Shown here in pieces: positions 24,683 to 39,264 of a stretch of 64,000 bases of DNA (its first letter is position 1; every line of letters starts with the position of its first letter). Both the position numbers and the translations under genes were made by a program. The notes beneath the pieces are model-generated. The model saw only the letters and a list, made by a program, of their open reading frames with translations, had not been told where the DNA came from and ran no database searches. This DNA comes from Octopus vulgaris. Its lineage: Eukaryota. The DNA lies in assembly GCA_951406725.2 (NCBI GenBank), contig OX597817.1, positions 170,624,001 to 170,688,000 of the forward strand. Reading direction: 5' to 3'.

Positions 24683-25125
24683 TTTTTTATAAAAACATAA
24701 AAACGGAGAAGAAGCCAACTCTAAAAAGTATGGCGGTCTATATTCATTACTGGAGAAGGCCGGTTTATAGGTTTACCCTGGGTTTCTCACCATAAGGAGT
24801 GTCTTTATGGCATATTAACAGACCCTAAGACTTGTTGGTCTATGGCCTCTTTAAAGTATGGAGGGGGAAATGGACAGGATATAAACAATGGGGGTTATCT
24901 CCCTCTTCTGGTGGTCATCGGCTTCTGGCTATGTCATCCTCTTTCATACACACACACATATTACAGGTTTCTTTCAGTTTCCGTCTACCATATCCACTCA
25001 CAAGGCTTTGGTTAGCCTAAGGTTATATTAGAAGACACTTACCCAAGGTTCCATGCAGTGGGACTGAACCCAGAACCATGTGATTGGTAAGCAAGCTTCT
25101 TACCACACAGCCACACCTGCGCCTA
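24435..25125 (-). mobile_element. Family C SINE with inserted hammerhead cassette
   Basis: Tail 24435-24640, head 24960-25125, foreign cassette about 24690-24945 in the TA/CA tract. Confidence 0.8.
24769..24826 (-). ncRNA. Degenerate hammerhead
   Basis: Minus strand AGGGT-CTGTTAA-tatGCCATAA..TTATGGTga-GAAAC-CCAGG-GTA-AACCT. Confidence 0.5.
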
Positions 25126-26228
25126 TGCCTCACAGCTTTACTTGCACTTATAGTTGTACAATGTTGTACCAATACTAAGGCAGTAAGCTGGCAGAAACGT
25201 TAGCATGCTGGGTGAAATGCTTAGCGATATTTCGTCTGTCTTTACGTTCTGAGTTCAAATTCTGCTGAGGTCAACTTTGCCTTTCATCCTTTCAGGGTCG
25301 ATAAATTAAGTACCAGTTGCGTAGTGAGGTTGATCTAATCCATTATCCCCCTCCCCACAAAAATTTTGGGCCTTGTGCCTAGAGTAGAGAAGAATATTGT
25401 ATTAATAGTTCAAGTAATATTATTTGGGGTTTTTTTACAGCTAAAGAATTGTTCCTATGCTTTTTATTACCGAGTTTATATGATTTTGGTTGGATTAAGA
25501 AGTTTTGTCTAAGTTGTAAGGAATTTACATGGTTTCTCTAGATTTTAGTGCCCAAGGCAATCATGTTTGGTTAGTAAAATGCTCAGCCCTGTGATAATGT
25601 GATGTAGGTATTGGATGTGGAACATCTCTGGTGGCTGGTTGGAAATGAGGTCAGTAGGATGTTGTTGGATATGTAATGATAATTTACATTAAAACTGATG
25701 CACAGGTGAGATGAGAGAGAAAAAGTGGCTAAGTATAAAAAAAGGTTGTTAATGTATGAAGCATTATTGGTAAACAAATTTTATGCTGCATTATAGTCAT
25801 AAATGGGATATAAAATGTAGACCTGTGAAAGCTTTAGGACAGTGAGGTAAATATGATACACCTGTTAGATATATAATGTTAGTCTATACAAAAGTATGAT
25901 CTTTTAGATGTATAATGATATTCTATATGAAAGCAGAAATATGGAGAAATAGAGAGAGAGAGAGAGAGCAACAGAGAGACAGAGACAGATAGATAAACTG
26001 ACAGAGAGACAAACTGACAGAGAGAGAGATAAAGAGAAAAAGAGGGAATGGTTTGATATCAGAGACACACCTATGTGCTCAATGAAAATGTGATGAATTA
26101 ATAGAATCCTTAACACACCTGAAGAAATTGCTTTTCAGCATTTGTTTTTGGTCTTTATGTTCTGAGTTCAAATCTCATCCATGTCAACTTTACCACTTAT
26201 ACTTTCAAGAAAAGATAAAATAAATTAC

Positions 26229-26563
26229 GGAGATGTACTTGCATAGCAAGTGACCTGATCTGAGATCATGTGCTGAAACAAAAACAATTGCAGCGTGTAA
26301 GGTGTTTATAAACCATTTAAAAAGAAACACACACACAAAAAAAAAACAAAAAACGTTAGATTCACTTCAACATTTAACTTTAATTTGTGTCAAAATATTT
26401 TTGTCACTTTGAAATCGTGACAAAATTTTGTCAGTGAACAGGTTGTGGTTTCAAAGCGACAAAAATATTTTGACATAAATTAAATTTAAATGTTGAAGTG
26501 AATCTAATGGTTTTTGTGTGTGTGTTTTTTAAATGGCTTATAAACACCTTCCACGCTGCAATT
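26229..26563. mobile_element. Fold-back cassette with G3:C8 hammerhead-like motif
   Basis: Arms about 26286-26421 / 26442-26563; 26429-26475 reads TGTCA-GTGAACA-gGTTGT(ggtttcaaa)GCGAC-AAAA-ATAT-TT-TGACA. Confidence 0.75.
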
Positions 26564-27523
26564 ATCAAAATAGATTGCCACTTTGATATAGTGGGATTAG
26601 CAGAACTGCTAGAATTGTGGCTAAAATGGTTTGTCACATTTGTTCTTTACTCTTTATGTTCTGAGTTGCAAACTTTGTCTCTGTTTGTTCATTCAACTAA
26701 AGACTAAACTGAAAATGGAAACATATAGGTGGAAGACAAATCTAATTGTTATCAGTAATGGTTCCCTTTAGTGAAACAGTCTACTCAGCAGCTGTCAAGA
26801 TCTCAGAATGATTTACAGAAACAGCATTTTTCTTTATTTTTTTTTATTTTTTTGTTTTGCATGTGAAGGACATTTCTTTTTCTCAATTTTCTAGTGAAGA
26901 GGAAAAGCAATTCTCATGACTCTTTACAGGGCCTCTAAAATAACTGAGAAGGAAGGAAATAGGGAGAGAGATATCCTCAAACAAGAGACTCGGCCCAAAT
27001 GCTTGTAAAAGAGTGGACTTTGTTAAAGGTACCGAAGGTGTAAAATCATCATCATCATCATCATCATCATCCTCATCCTCATCATCATCATCCTCATCCT
27101 CATCATCATCATCATCGTCATCATCATCATCATCATCATCATTTAATGTCTGTTCTCCATTCTGGCATGGCATGGACAGTTTGACAGGAGCTGGCAAGGC
27201 CAGGCACTACATCAGGTTCCATAGTCTGTTTTGACATAGTTTCTATGACTGGATTCCCTTCCTGATGCCAACCCCTTCCCAGAGTGTACTGGGTGCTTTT
27301 TACATGGTACCTGCACTAGTACTTTTTACACGGCACCATCACCTGTGCTTTTTATGTGGTTGGGCAGCTCTTCTTGAGTACAGCAATGCACCATACATCT
27401 TGATCCTTTGTCATCTCTTTCATCATCTTGGTCTTTATCATCTCTCATTGTTTTGAGGTCAGCCTTCAATACTTTGTCTCATGTCTTCCTAGATCTCCTT
27501 CTTCCATAACTTGCATCCACTTT

Positions 27524-27813
27524 GTTTGTTCCTTCTCGAGCCACGCCTGGCTCATATGGGCCAGTTTCCCAGTTTCCTTGGCGTATAGGCTCTCCACCTG
27601 GACGGGATGCTGGTCCGTCGCAGGTGAGCTGCAAGATGCAGGAGGAAAGAGTGAGAGAAAGTTGTGGCGAAAGAGTCAGCATTACCTTCTGCCGGAGCTG
27701 CATGGAGCTTAGGTGTTTCGCTCATAAACACACACATCGCCCGGTCTGGGAATCGAACCCGTGACCCCTCGACCGCGAGTCTGCTGCTCTAACCACTAGG
27801 CCATGTGCCTCCA
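27524..27813 (-). mobile_element. Full-length family T SINE with 12-bp TSD
   Basis: TGCATCCACTTT at 27512-27523 and 27814-27825; inserted in a decayed RTE tail; (CAAA)n-type end. Confidence 0.9.
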
Positions 27814-28127
27814 TGCATCCACTTTAAGTGATTGGCACATCTTTATACAACTGTCCAGTGGTGTTAAACTAGGCAAGGGATTAACTCTATCACCTGTGCA
27901 GACCATAGTGAGATTTAAACTTAGGATGCAAAGAGCAAAAACAAATACCACAAGATGTCCCAACATTCTTACAGGTCTGCCAGACTATCACATTGGAATT
28001 ATACATTTTAACCAGCCTTCAAAAGTGAAAGAGAAAGTTGACCTCTATGCTTGTTTTTATATGCTGGTATCACTTACAAAATGATGTTCTGCAATTGTCT
28101 GGTAACTTGCAGTTTGACGAAGAGATT

Positions 28128-28525
28128 ACTCTTTTACTTGTTTCAGTCGTTTGACTGTTGCCATGCTGGAGCACCGCCTTTTTTTAGTCGAGCAAATCGA
28201 CCCCAAGACTTATTCTTTGTAAGCCTAGTTTTATTGGTCTCTTTTGCCGAATCGCTAAGTTATGGGGACGTAAACACACCAGCATCGGTTGTCAAGTGAT
28301 ATTGGGGGGACAAACACAGACACACACACATACATATACATATATATATATACATATATACGACGGGCTTCTTTCAGTTTCCATCTCCCAAATCCACTCA
28401 CAAGGCTTCGGTCGGCCTGAGGCTATAGTAGAAGACACTTGCCCAAGGTGCCATGCAGTGGGACTGAACCTGGAACCATGTGGTTGGTAAGCAAGCTACT
28501 TACCACACAACCACTTCTACGCCTA
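28128..28525 (-). mobile_element. Family C SINE, complete
   Basis: Head, central CA/TA tract and tail. Further copies at 39785-40230(-), 47280-47845(-), 56275-56680(-), 58285-58720(-). Confidence 0.85.
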
Positions 28526-29413
28526 ATAGATTGATAAAATAAGTGAAAAATCTTTTAAAAATATACGTCCTTGGGTTGATAAAACTGACTAAACCCTTTC
28601 AAACTGACGCTCCAGCTTGGTCACAGTCAAATGGTAAATGATTCAAACAATAACCCTTCATCTACAAGCATGGTCCTACTTCATTGACTCACTTTCATAC
28701 ATTTAATCACACTTCACAAAAATTTTGTATACTTCGCTCATTCACCCACCCCATCTCTCTGTTTTATTGATTTCTATCCAGAAAATCTTTCAATGTTTCT
28801 CCATTTCTCTCTGCACCGGTAGTCTGAAAAATAAACCAGGAAGAGATGCATTGATTATAGACTTAACTGAAAGAGGAAGCCATCTATGTCTTTGTGACAT
28901 TCACAAAGAATTTCTCCATCTCCTTCCACCTTCAAAGTCAATGGCTTCAAATTTCTTACTTGGATGATATTACATCTTCTTCCATGTTTTGAACTTGTCA
29001 GATCCTCCTTTCAGGCAGTCTTTGATACTTTCTGTGTGTCTGTCAGCGTTCCCCTTGTTCTATTTCTGGTCTACTGTTCCTATCATCGATGCCACCCTGC
29101 CTCTTCACCCAAGTGCCATCGGTCATTCTTTAACATTCAAACACATCAGTTCATTCAAGCATTTTCTATACAGAAACATCTTTTATGTTGCCGAAGAAAA
29201 GAATAGAAAAAGGAAAAGAAAAGAAAAAGAAAAAGAACATTTTTTCTCTGTTGTGTGAAGTTTTGTCAGTTTTTCAATAATTTGATTTGAAGCTGTAGAT
29301 TTCACACACACACACACGTGTGTGTGTGTGTGTGTGTGTGTGAATGTATATATATTATATATCTGTCTATTTTTTCCTATCTGTCTGTCTTTCAGTCTGT
29401 CTGTCTTTCTGTT

Positions 29414-29445
<32 letters not shown>

Positions 29446-30599
29446 GCTCTTTCTCTCTTTTTCCCTCTTTCTCTATATATATCTTGCTATCTGTCTAGCC
29501 ATCTGTCTATTTGTTTGTCTGTCTATGTATCTCATCATCATCATCATCATTATCATCATCATCATCATCATCATTGTTTAACGTCCACTTTCCATGCTAG
29601 CATGGGTTGGACGATTTGACTGAGGACTGACGAACCAGATAGCTACACCAGGCTCCAATCTGATCTGGCACAGTTTCTAAAGCTGGATGCCCTTCCTAAT
29701 GCCAACCACTCCGAGAGTGCTGTGGGTGCATTTACATGCCACCAGTATGAAGGCTAGTCATGCGGTACTGGCAACGGCCATGCCCAAATGGTGTTTTTTA
29801 TGTGCCACCTGCATTGGAGCCAGTCCGGTGGCACTGGCAATGACCTCACTCGAATATTTTTCACGTGCCACCGACACAAGTGCCAGTAAGGCGATGTGGG
29901 TAGCAATCATGCTCGAATAGTGCTTTTACATGCCACCAGCACGGAAGCCAGTTAGCTGCTCTGGCAATGATCACACTCGGATGGTGCTCTTAGCGCTCCA
30001 CTAGCACGGATGCCAGTCATCGAATTTGATTTCAATTTGAATTTTTATCTATTTATTAATTCCTATTATTTTTATATATCTGTTTCCCTCACTTGCACAG
30101 GAAGATTGGTTGGATCTGCTTTAACACAGTGCTTTGCATTTGTTTGTAATCTTTGTTACTTCATTCATGAAATTCAGCATTCTGAGACCCCATTCCTTGG
30201 CACTTCTTCACCCAACTGTCACTCTCCACATATCTCAACTGTAAGTTAGGTTAAGCTCATCACTCCCTACGGAGTTTCAGCTGTTAACCACTTTTCTCCA
30301 CTGTGTTCTCAACTCTGTGCTATCCTTGAAAGAAAACCTTCCTCTGCTGGGTGTCGTTGATTTTCAATTGTCATTGGCGCTTTCTTTTACTTGTCTCAGT
30401 CCTTAAACTGTGGCCATGCTGGGGCATTACATTTGACAGAATAATCCAATGTTAATGTGCTAAGGGGTTAAAGTCTTCTACCCTAACATTACATACCCAG
30501 TAAAGCATCATTCTCACTGCCTTTCTTTTCAGGTTTTAGATATCCTTTCCATTCAGTACCTATGTTTTATGATCAGGTAACATTATATTTCTCATACAA

Positions 30600-31050
30600 A
30601 TATCATACAATCATTTACTTGAGAAAAGTAACCCCTGGTCAACAGCAGAGATTTAACTTCAGCTTCGTACTCCCATTCTTACTTTGAATTCTGTTTTTGG
30701 AATAATCCTCTCTACAAATAACTAGGTCACCCAGGTAACAGAAGTTATTATCTAATTATAGGGAACCATCCCAGAATTTCCAGTCTTCACCCATCCTAAA
30801 TGCTTGTATTTCACAACCAAATATCATACAGTCTACTTTCCTCTTTGCAGACAGAACTTTTCCACTCTTTTTACTTTGGCAGCTTTGCTTCCAGACCAAT
30901 CTACAGATTAGGTCACTTAGGTGTCAGAAATTGTTAATTTGTCTTCTGAGCATTTGAAGGAATTCATCTCCTGTGTGTTGTTATACTACACACATCTGCT
31001 ACATATGAAATTGTTGGTGTACTGATGATCTCACTCTATGTTTTGTGCGC
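30600..31050 (-). mobile_element. Ancient RTE remnant
   Basis: Minus strand fragments such as FICSRC and MIFGCEIQ resemble the RTE region around MLYGSETW; very decayed. Confidence 0.45.
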
Positions 31051-31095
31051 TCATAGCTTACATTGAGTACTCTGCGAAGAATTCCAACCATTTCC

Positions 31096-31472
31096 TTATT
31101 ACCTCCACCTTAACGAAGGCGGAGGTATTGTTTTCAGTCATGTTTGTTTGTTTGCTTGTTTGTCTGTGGACAAGATATCACAAGACCCGCCAGATGGATT
31201 CAGATGAAGCTTTCAGGGATGTTTGGCCTTGTGGCTGACACAAACTTATAAGATTTTGGGATCAATCTGGTGTTGGACAAGGATTATGGATTATATTTTC
31301 GTTTTTTTTACTTAATTTTTGAGAGTGGTCAGGTTCATTTTTAGTAATCTTGTTTGTGAGAGCAGTTGAGTTTATTTCAGAAATTCTCATTTTAAAAATC
31401 ATCTTCGGCTAATTGTTGAGAGCATGTTGGTGTCACCTTGGCGGAGGTTTGTGCTCTCTGAGTGCACTTGTT
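31096..31472 (+). mobile_element. Helentron-associated non-autonomous element (HINE/DINE-1-like)
   Basis: 5' palindromic subTIR ACCTCCACCTTAACGAAGGCGGAGGT, (GTTT)n tract, 3' subTIR GGCGGAGGT, terminal hairpin GTGCTCtctGAGTGC, TT flanks. Confidence 0.8.
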
Positions 31473-31539
31473 TTATGTATGAATTGATATCATCATACTA
31501 TCATCATCATCTTTTAACTGTCACTTTTTCTATGTACAT

Positions 31540-31950
31540 AGGCGCAGGAGTGGCTGTGTGGTAAGTAGCTTGCTAACCAACTACATGGTTCCAGGTTCAG
31601 TCCCACTGCGTGGCACCTTGGGCAAGTGTCTTCTACTATAGCCCCGGGCCGACCAATGCCTTGTGAGTGAATTTGGTAGACGGAAACTGAAAGAAGCCTG
31701 TCGTATATATGTATATATATATATGTATGTGTGTGTGTTTGTGTGTCTGTGTTTGTCTCCCTAACATTACTTGACAACCGATGCTGGTGTGTTTACGTCC
31801 CCATCACTTAGCGGTTCGGCAAAAGAGACCGATAGAATAAGTACTGGGCTTACAAAAAGAATAAGTCCCGGGGTCGAGTTGCTCGATTAAAGGCGGTGCT
31901 CCAGCATGGTCGCAGTCAACTGACTGAAACAAGTAAAAAGAGAGTAAAAG
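31540..31950 (+). mobile_element. Family C SINE, complete reference copy
   Basis: AGGCGCAGGAGTGGCTGTGTGGTAAG..GGTTCAGTCCC (A/B boxes), CACCTTGGGCAAGTGTCTT core-like motif, central microsatellite, tail ending GAAACAAGTAAAAGAG. Confidence 0.9.
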
Positions 31951-32496
31951 AGTATATGTACATATACATCTTTTACTTCTAATATAATTTTATCAGTGGC
32001 CAGCATATTAAAAATACCTTTTAAGGTGAAAATTATAGACAATCTTAAATAAGGGCAAAACAAAAAAAAAATTCTTTGCAAATATACTGAAAAATGAACT
32101 TTAGATTGTCTAACCACACACAATATTTTTCAGCACATACGATAATGTGCTGGAGTCAGAAGAGAATGAATGTCTTGAATTGACACAATCATCACCTTTG
32201 ATGGACCGTCATGAAGAGTAAGTTTCCCTAAATTTGACACACACAAAGTAAAGACGGCTGTGAAATTTGACATCTTATCACATCTGAGTTGAGTAAAACC
32301 AAGTTAAATCAATGAAGCCAGGCTTAGGCAAGTATAGAAAAAGATGTATACTGATTTTGGATATATATATATATATATACACACATATATGTGTGTGTGT
32401 ATGCATGTATATATGTATATATATATATATATATATGCATATACATATACATATATATATATACATATGCATATATATATATATATATATATATAT

Positions 32497-32923
<427 letters not shown>

Positions 32924-33181
32924 ATTCTGTATTTTGCTAGAAAGAGGTAGAAACTGATATCAGTCCGAGATATAAAGTTATCGGTAAATGTTTTTGATTT
33001 TCACTCTCGATAAATTCATCTCCTTTTTGTGTTCCCAGCACTTGGCATCCTTATTTAGGAGCCCTTAATTATATTTCTACATGAATAATGTTTTTCTATA
33101 TGAATAATATTTTGTCTAATGACTAATTCGGCTTTTGTGCTGAGCCACTGGTAGTAATCTATATTATTACCCTTTTTATTT

Positions 33182-33242
<61 letters not shown>

Positions 33243-33722
33243 CACATATACATATATATATATACACATATATATATATATACATTACATATACAGAATC
33301 GAAATCGATCAATGGAAATCGATCAATGGAAATTGCAGATGTGTTACCAGTGCCGGTGGCATGTAAGAGAACTTTCCGTTTCGCGACCGTTGCCAGCACC
33401 GCCCCGTTTCGTGTCCATTGCCAGCCTCGCCTGGCCCTCGTGCCGGTGGCACATAAAAAGCACCATCCGTCCGTGGCCGTTTGCCAGCTCCGTCTGGCAC
33501 CTGTGCGGGTGGCACGTAAAAAGCACCCACTACACTTCCGGAGTGGTTGGCGTTAGGAAGGGCATCCAGCCGTGAGAAACACTGCCAGATTTGACTGGAG
33601 CCTGATGCAGCCTTCTGGCTTCCCAGACCCCAGTAGAACCGTCCAACCCATGCTAGCATGGAAAACGGACGCTAAACGATGATGATGATGATGATGATGA
33701 TACATATACATTACAAATATAT

Positions 33723-33761
<39 letters not shown>

Positions 33762-34604
33762 ATCAACTATTCTTCACCGATACCATCCTCTAGCTGAATC
33801 ACTTGATGTGTAGTAAACCTTGTATTTATTGCAAAACTCAGCTGTTAAGAAAATCTTGTATTCAAACTCTTGGGAAATCTAAATGCCAATACATTAACAT
33901 CGTCCAGGAAATCTATTTTACTTCAATCGAACCACTTCAATGCAATCTTCCACTAACATCCCAAAACATTCAAACTTCATCTCAAAAGATTTCTTCGAAA
34001 AAATTCCAGACACATTTCCTAACCTGGATATATTTCTCTGAAAAACAACTCTCTCTGATCTAAATGGTAAATGTAATACATTTCTGCATTCGTATACAGT
34101 TACCTGGTGGCATGAATGATTTACCTTTGATCCAACTAGTTACCTGCTGAGATAAAATCTGAAATAATAATGAATTTCTATCCAGCTTACGGGCTAATTA
34201 TGACACCAGTAATTTGTATTTCACTGTTGCCAGTGCCGCTGGACTGGCTCCTGTGCAGGTGGCACGTAAAAGCACCCACTACACTCTCGAAGTGGTTGGC
34301 ATTAGGAAGGATGCCCTAACAAGGGCTAGGAGTCCTTCACTTCCAGTGGTTTAACGGCGCGATCGGGTATCCAGTCCGATTGTTTCCATGTCCCCGCGCA
34401 TGATACAGCCTTAAGCCTTAAGAAGAAAAAAAAGTACACATTTATTGGATGGCCATTGACTCCCAAGAGTTCCCCCGCCCTTTGACGGGTTTTGTTTTTC
34501 ATTCTGCAGGGTGTCCAATAAACGCCCTCCTCACCAAGCAAGCTTGGTGGGGTTGCCGGTTTAGTCACTGACGGCCCGACCATGCAACAGGTTGTACTGA
34601 GTTA

Positions 34605-35780
34605 CATGTTACCCGTAGATACACACATACACACAAACATACATACACACATACATGCAAATACATACATGCACACATACACACATATATGCATACATGC
34701 ATACATACATACATTCATACATACATACATACATACATACATACATAAATACATACAAACATACATACATGCATACATACATTCATACATACATTCATAC
34801 ATACATTCATACATACATACATACATACATACATGTTACCCGTAGATACACACATACACACAAACATACATACACACATACATGCACATACATATATGCA
34901 CACATACACACATATATGCATACATACATACATACATTCATACATACATACATACATTCATACATATATACATACAAACATACATACATACATTCATACA
35001 TACAAACATTTATACATACATTCATACAAACATACATACATACATTCATTCATTCATACATACAAACATATACATACATACATACATACATTCATTCATA
35101 CATACAAACATACATACATGCATACATACATACATACATACATACATACATACATACATACATACGTGTTACCCGTAGATACACACATACACACAAACAT
35201 ACATACACACATACATGCACATACATACATGCACACATACACACATATATGCATACATACATACATTCATACATACATACATACATACATACATACATAC
35301 ATACATACATACATTCATACATACAAACATACATTCATACATACATTCATTCATTCATACATACAAACACACATACATACATACATACATTCATACATAC
35401 ATACACACATATATACATACATACAAACATACATACACACATTGATACATACATACATACATACATACATACATTCATTCATACATACAAACATACATAC
35501 ATACATACGTATATACATACAAACATACATACATACATTCATACATACATACAGACATACATACATGCATACATACATACATACATACATGCATGCATGC
35601 ATGCATGCATACATACATACATACATACATGCATTCATACATACATTCCTACATACGTACATACAAACATACATACATACATACATACATACATACATGC
35701 ATGCATGCATGCACACATACATACATACCTACATACATACATACATACATACATACATACAAACATACATACATACATAC
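34605..35780. repeat. Compound (CATA)n satellite with higher-order unit
   Basis: Anchor TGTTACCCGTAGATACACACATACACACAAAC recurs at about 34607, 34834 and 35167. Confidence 0.9.
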
Positions 35781-35797
35781 CTAAAAAGCAATAGATC

Positions 35798-35985
35798 AGC
35801 TTTGTTGTTGGAGGAATACTATTGATAGTATCTTCCTGGTGAGGCGACTGCAGGAGAATTACTTAGCCAGGAGTCAGCCAATATACTTGGTGTATGTTGA
35901 CAGGATTTCCAACACCATGATTTGGTGGTTACAGAGGAAACTAGAACTAGATGAATGGCTTATGAGAGTTGTAGAAGCACTTGTT
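35798..35985 (+). mobile_element. RTE RT remnant
   Basis: TIDSIFLVRRLQENYLARSQPIYLVYVD..MIWWLQRKLELDEWLMRVVEA matches TTDAIF.VRQLQEKY..AFVD..WW..RKLG..EW. Confidence 0.85.
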
Positions 35986-36103
35986 CTGAAGCACTTGTCA
36001 AACGGTCTTCCTGTGTCTTTTCAGACATAAATTGGTTTTTCCCCAGGGCATATGGCTTTATATTTATGTATGCATTTATGTGTGCACGTATGTATGTATG
36101 TTT

Positions 36104-36139
<36 letters not shown>

Positions 36140-37615
36140 ACCCACACACATGCGCACAAACAAAAAGGAATGCAGTGTAAATAACGGACAAAGTCAAGAC
36201 TATTGAAAAGGTTGCAAGATGCACCGAAAATTTTAAGGAAATAAAAATAAGAAATAAGTGGAAATTTTACCAGTGAGTGTGTTAAATTATAAGGCAGAAA
36301 AAAATGACTCTCCCCAGACACAAGAGAATATATATATATACACACACACACACATGCACACAGCTATGTATATATATGTACATATGACATGAGGAAGGGC
36401 ATTCAGCTGTAGACACCATGCCAAATCAGACAGGAGTCTGGATGGCACATAAAAAGCACCATCCGAATCGTGGCTGATGCCAGTGCCGCCTCGACTGGCT
36501 TCCGTGCTGATGGCACGTAAAATGCTCCAATCTGACCGTGGCTGTTGCCAGCCTCGCCTGGCACCTTTGTTGGTGGCACATAAAAACACCCACTACACTC
36601 ACGGAGTGGTTGGCGTTAGGAAGGGTATCCAGCTGTAGAAATACTGCCACATCAGACTGGAGCCTGGTGCAGCCTTCTGGCTTTCCAGATTCCCGGTCGA
36701 ACCATCCAACCCATGCTAGCATGGAGAACGGACGTTAAACGATGATGATGATGATGATGATGTGTGTATATGTGTATAAAACAGGCTTCTTTCAGTTTCC
36801 ATCTGCCAATCCACTCACAAGGCTTTGGTTGACCCATGGTTATAGCAGAAGACACTTGCCCAAGGTGCCACACAGTGGGACTGAACCTGGAACCATGTGT
36901 GGTTGGGAAGCAAGCTTCTTACTACACAACTATGCCTGCTTACTTTGGATTGTAGGGTGATCTGCTGTGCTTGAGGAGACCTACTGAGTCAAGTACATCA
37001 ACATCAAAATAAAAATCAAATAGAAATTGTAGTTGTGATACCCGCCAGTGGCATGTAAAAAGCACCATCCGAACGTGACTGATGCCAGCGCCGCCTTGAC
37101 TGGCTTTCATGCCAGTGGCATGTAAAAAACAGCAACCGATAGTAGCCATTGCCATCCTCCTCTGCCAGTGGCACGTAAAAAGCACCCACTACACTCACTG
37201 AGTGGTTGGTGTTAGGAAGGGCATCCAGCTGTAAAAACACTGCCAGATCAGACTGGAGCCTGAAGCAGCCTCCTGGCTTCCCAGACCCCAGTCAAACTAT
37301 CCAACCCATGCTAGCATGGAAAGCGGATGTTAAACAAAGATGATGATGATGAAGATATATGTATATATGTAGTTGTTTGTGCATGTGTGTGTGTATATAT
37401 ATAGATATATAAATATATATATATGTATATATATATATGTATATATATATACACACACACACACAATGCACCCTCAATCACTAATTACATATATATATAT
37501 ATATATATATACCGGAGTATACACATAAATGTGAAACAAGGTGGAAAAAAGAGTACACAAATACCAGTGGTAGAGTAATATGCTTTATTTAAAGCAGCAG
37601 AAAATTCAACAAAAT

Positions 37616-37653
37616 CTGTTACTCTGAGTTTCTCGTTGCCGTTCATCAGACAG
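37616..37653 (-). ncRNA. Compact type I hammerhead
   Basis: Minus strand CTGT-CTGATGA-aCGgcaaCGa-GAAAC-TCAGA-GTA-ACAG in a TA-flanked cassette at 37511-37670; GCAA tetraloop on stem II. Confidence 0.8.
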
Positions 37654-38435
37654 TTTTTGCTAGCATAAAGTATATATATGTATGTATGTATATATACATG
37701 TATATATACGCATGTGTGTATATATAAGGTCGTATTTTATTGATTTCAGCCTTCAGAGGTGTATTTGAGTAAATATATCACGCCTTGCTCAAGAACATAG
37801 AATTAATATGCTGTCCAAAGGTTACAAACAATACTAGTCATCTGGTCTCAAATTCTAACCCTAAATGTCTGAAATGGTAACATATGAATCATAGTAGAAA
37901 ATTAACATAGAATTTAATATTCATCAATTCCAATTCATTAGTGAAGTTCATATTCATTAGTTAAAACTTTCTATCTATCTCAAATGAATTACACTTGGTC
38001 TTCATTAATTACTGACCAAAACAGAAAATTTTTTTTAGAAGAACAAATTAAGAAATATTTCCAATCAATATAACCAGCTTCCTCTAAACTTAATGATTTA
38101 GTTATTAAATGATTAATGATTTTTTAATGATTTAAAAAAAAATTAAATTATCTACAGCTTTTATTTTAGGCGATAAAGTGAATGTGAGATGTTGTTTCCA
38201 TATGATAGTAGAGATGAAATTTGAACAGGATTAGGTGTTGTTGTTGTTGTTGTTGTAGTAGTAGTAGTAGTAGAAGTAGTTATTGTTGTTGCTATTTTAC
38301 CATAGGCCAAACGTATTGGAGAAGACTTATGACTAAAGATATTGTAGTCATGACAATCTTTCATTTTATATTTTGTTTCCATCAGACAGTGTGTCTGGGA
38401 ACACATTATTCAATACATTTTTGAAGTGTTTAGGA

Positions 38436-38579
38436 TGTGATGATGATGATGATGATGATGATGATCATCATCATCTTCATCATTATCATTTTCATTGTCA
38501 TTACCACCAAAACCACCAACACCCCCACCATCATCATCATCTTCACCATCATCATCATCATCATCATCATCATCTTCAC

Positions 38580-38616
<37 letters not shown>

Positions 38617-38655
38617 TTCACCATCATCATCATCATCATCCTCATCTTCACCATC

Positions 38656-38687
<32 letters not shown>

Positions 38688-38730
38688 CATCCCCATCATC
38701 ATCCCCATCATCATCATCATCATTATCATC
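38436..38730. repeat. (GAT)n/(CAT)n low-complexity tract
   Basis: Trinucleotide repeats; similar tracts at 39120-39280 (TAA/TAG), 42680-43000 (GGT), 43780-44130 (CAT/CCT), 52225-52378. Confidence 0.95.
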
Positions 38731-39157
38731 TCACAGCTTTGGAATTTTGATTATGTGATTATTTATTTTTAGAATGACATTGCAGCACAAGTGTGAGAGG
38801 CTGGATCTGGCCAGTTTGAACATAAAACAGATAGAATATTTTAGCTATAGATGTGGCTGGTTTAAATGCTGGTGGGTTCGCCAAATGCCACATCTACATT
38901 CCTGCTTTAGTGTAGATAGAAGAATAGCATGTAAGAAACTAGATGTACTTGTTGAAAGTGTATTTTTCATTCTTTTGTTTTTCATTTTAAGCTAGTCAAG
39001 ACAGAAATAGCAGTACACATCACCTTTGCATCCTCTGCCCACGTTGAGGATGCTGATGCAGTTGTTGCTGAGCCTAAACCAGTACAGATCAATGTCTACA
39101 GAAACAAAAGAAAAGTCTAATAAATAATGATATTAATAATAATAATGATAATAATAA

Positions 39158-39219
<62 letters not shown>

Positions 39220-39223
39220 AAAA

Positions 39224-39264
<41 letters not shown>

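Noticed and set aside
30533-30576. Possible 44-nt exon (ttttcag|GTTTTAG..GATCAG|gtaac)
   Set aside because: Isolated, no recognisable peptide, and adjacent to a decayed minus-strand RTE remnant; cannot be supported without transcripts.
34605-35250. CRISPR-like repeat-spacer array
   Set aside because: Spacers are CATA microsatellite of variable length in eukaryotic DNA; no cas genes.
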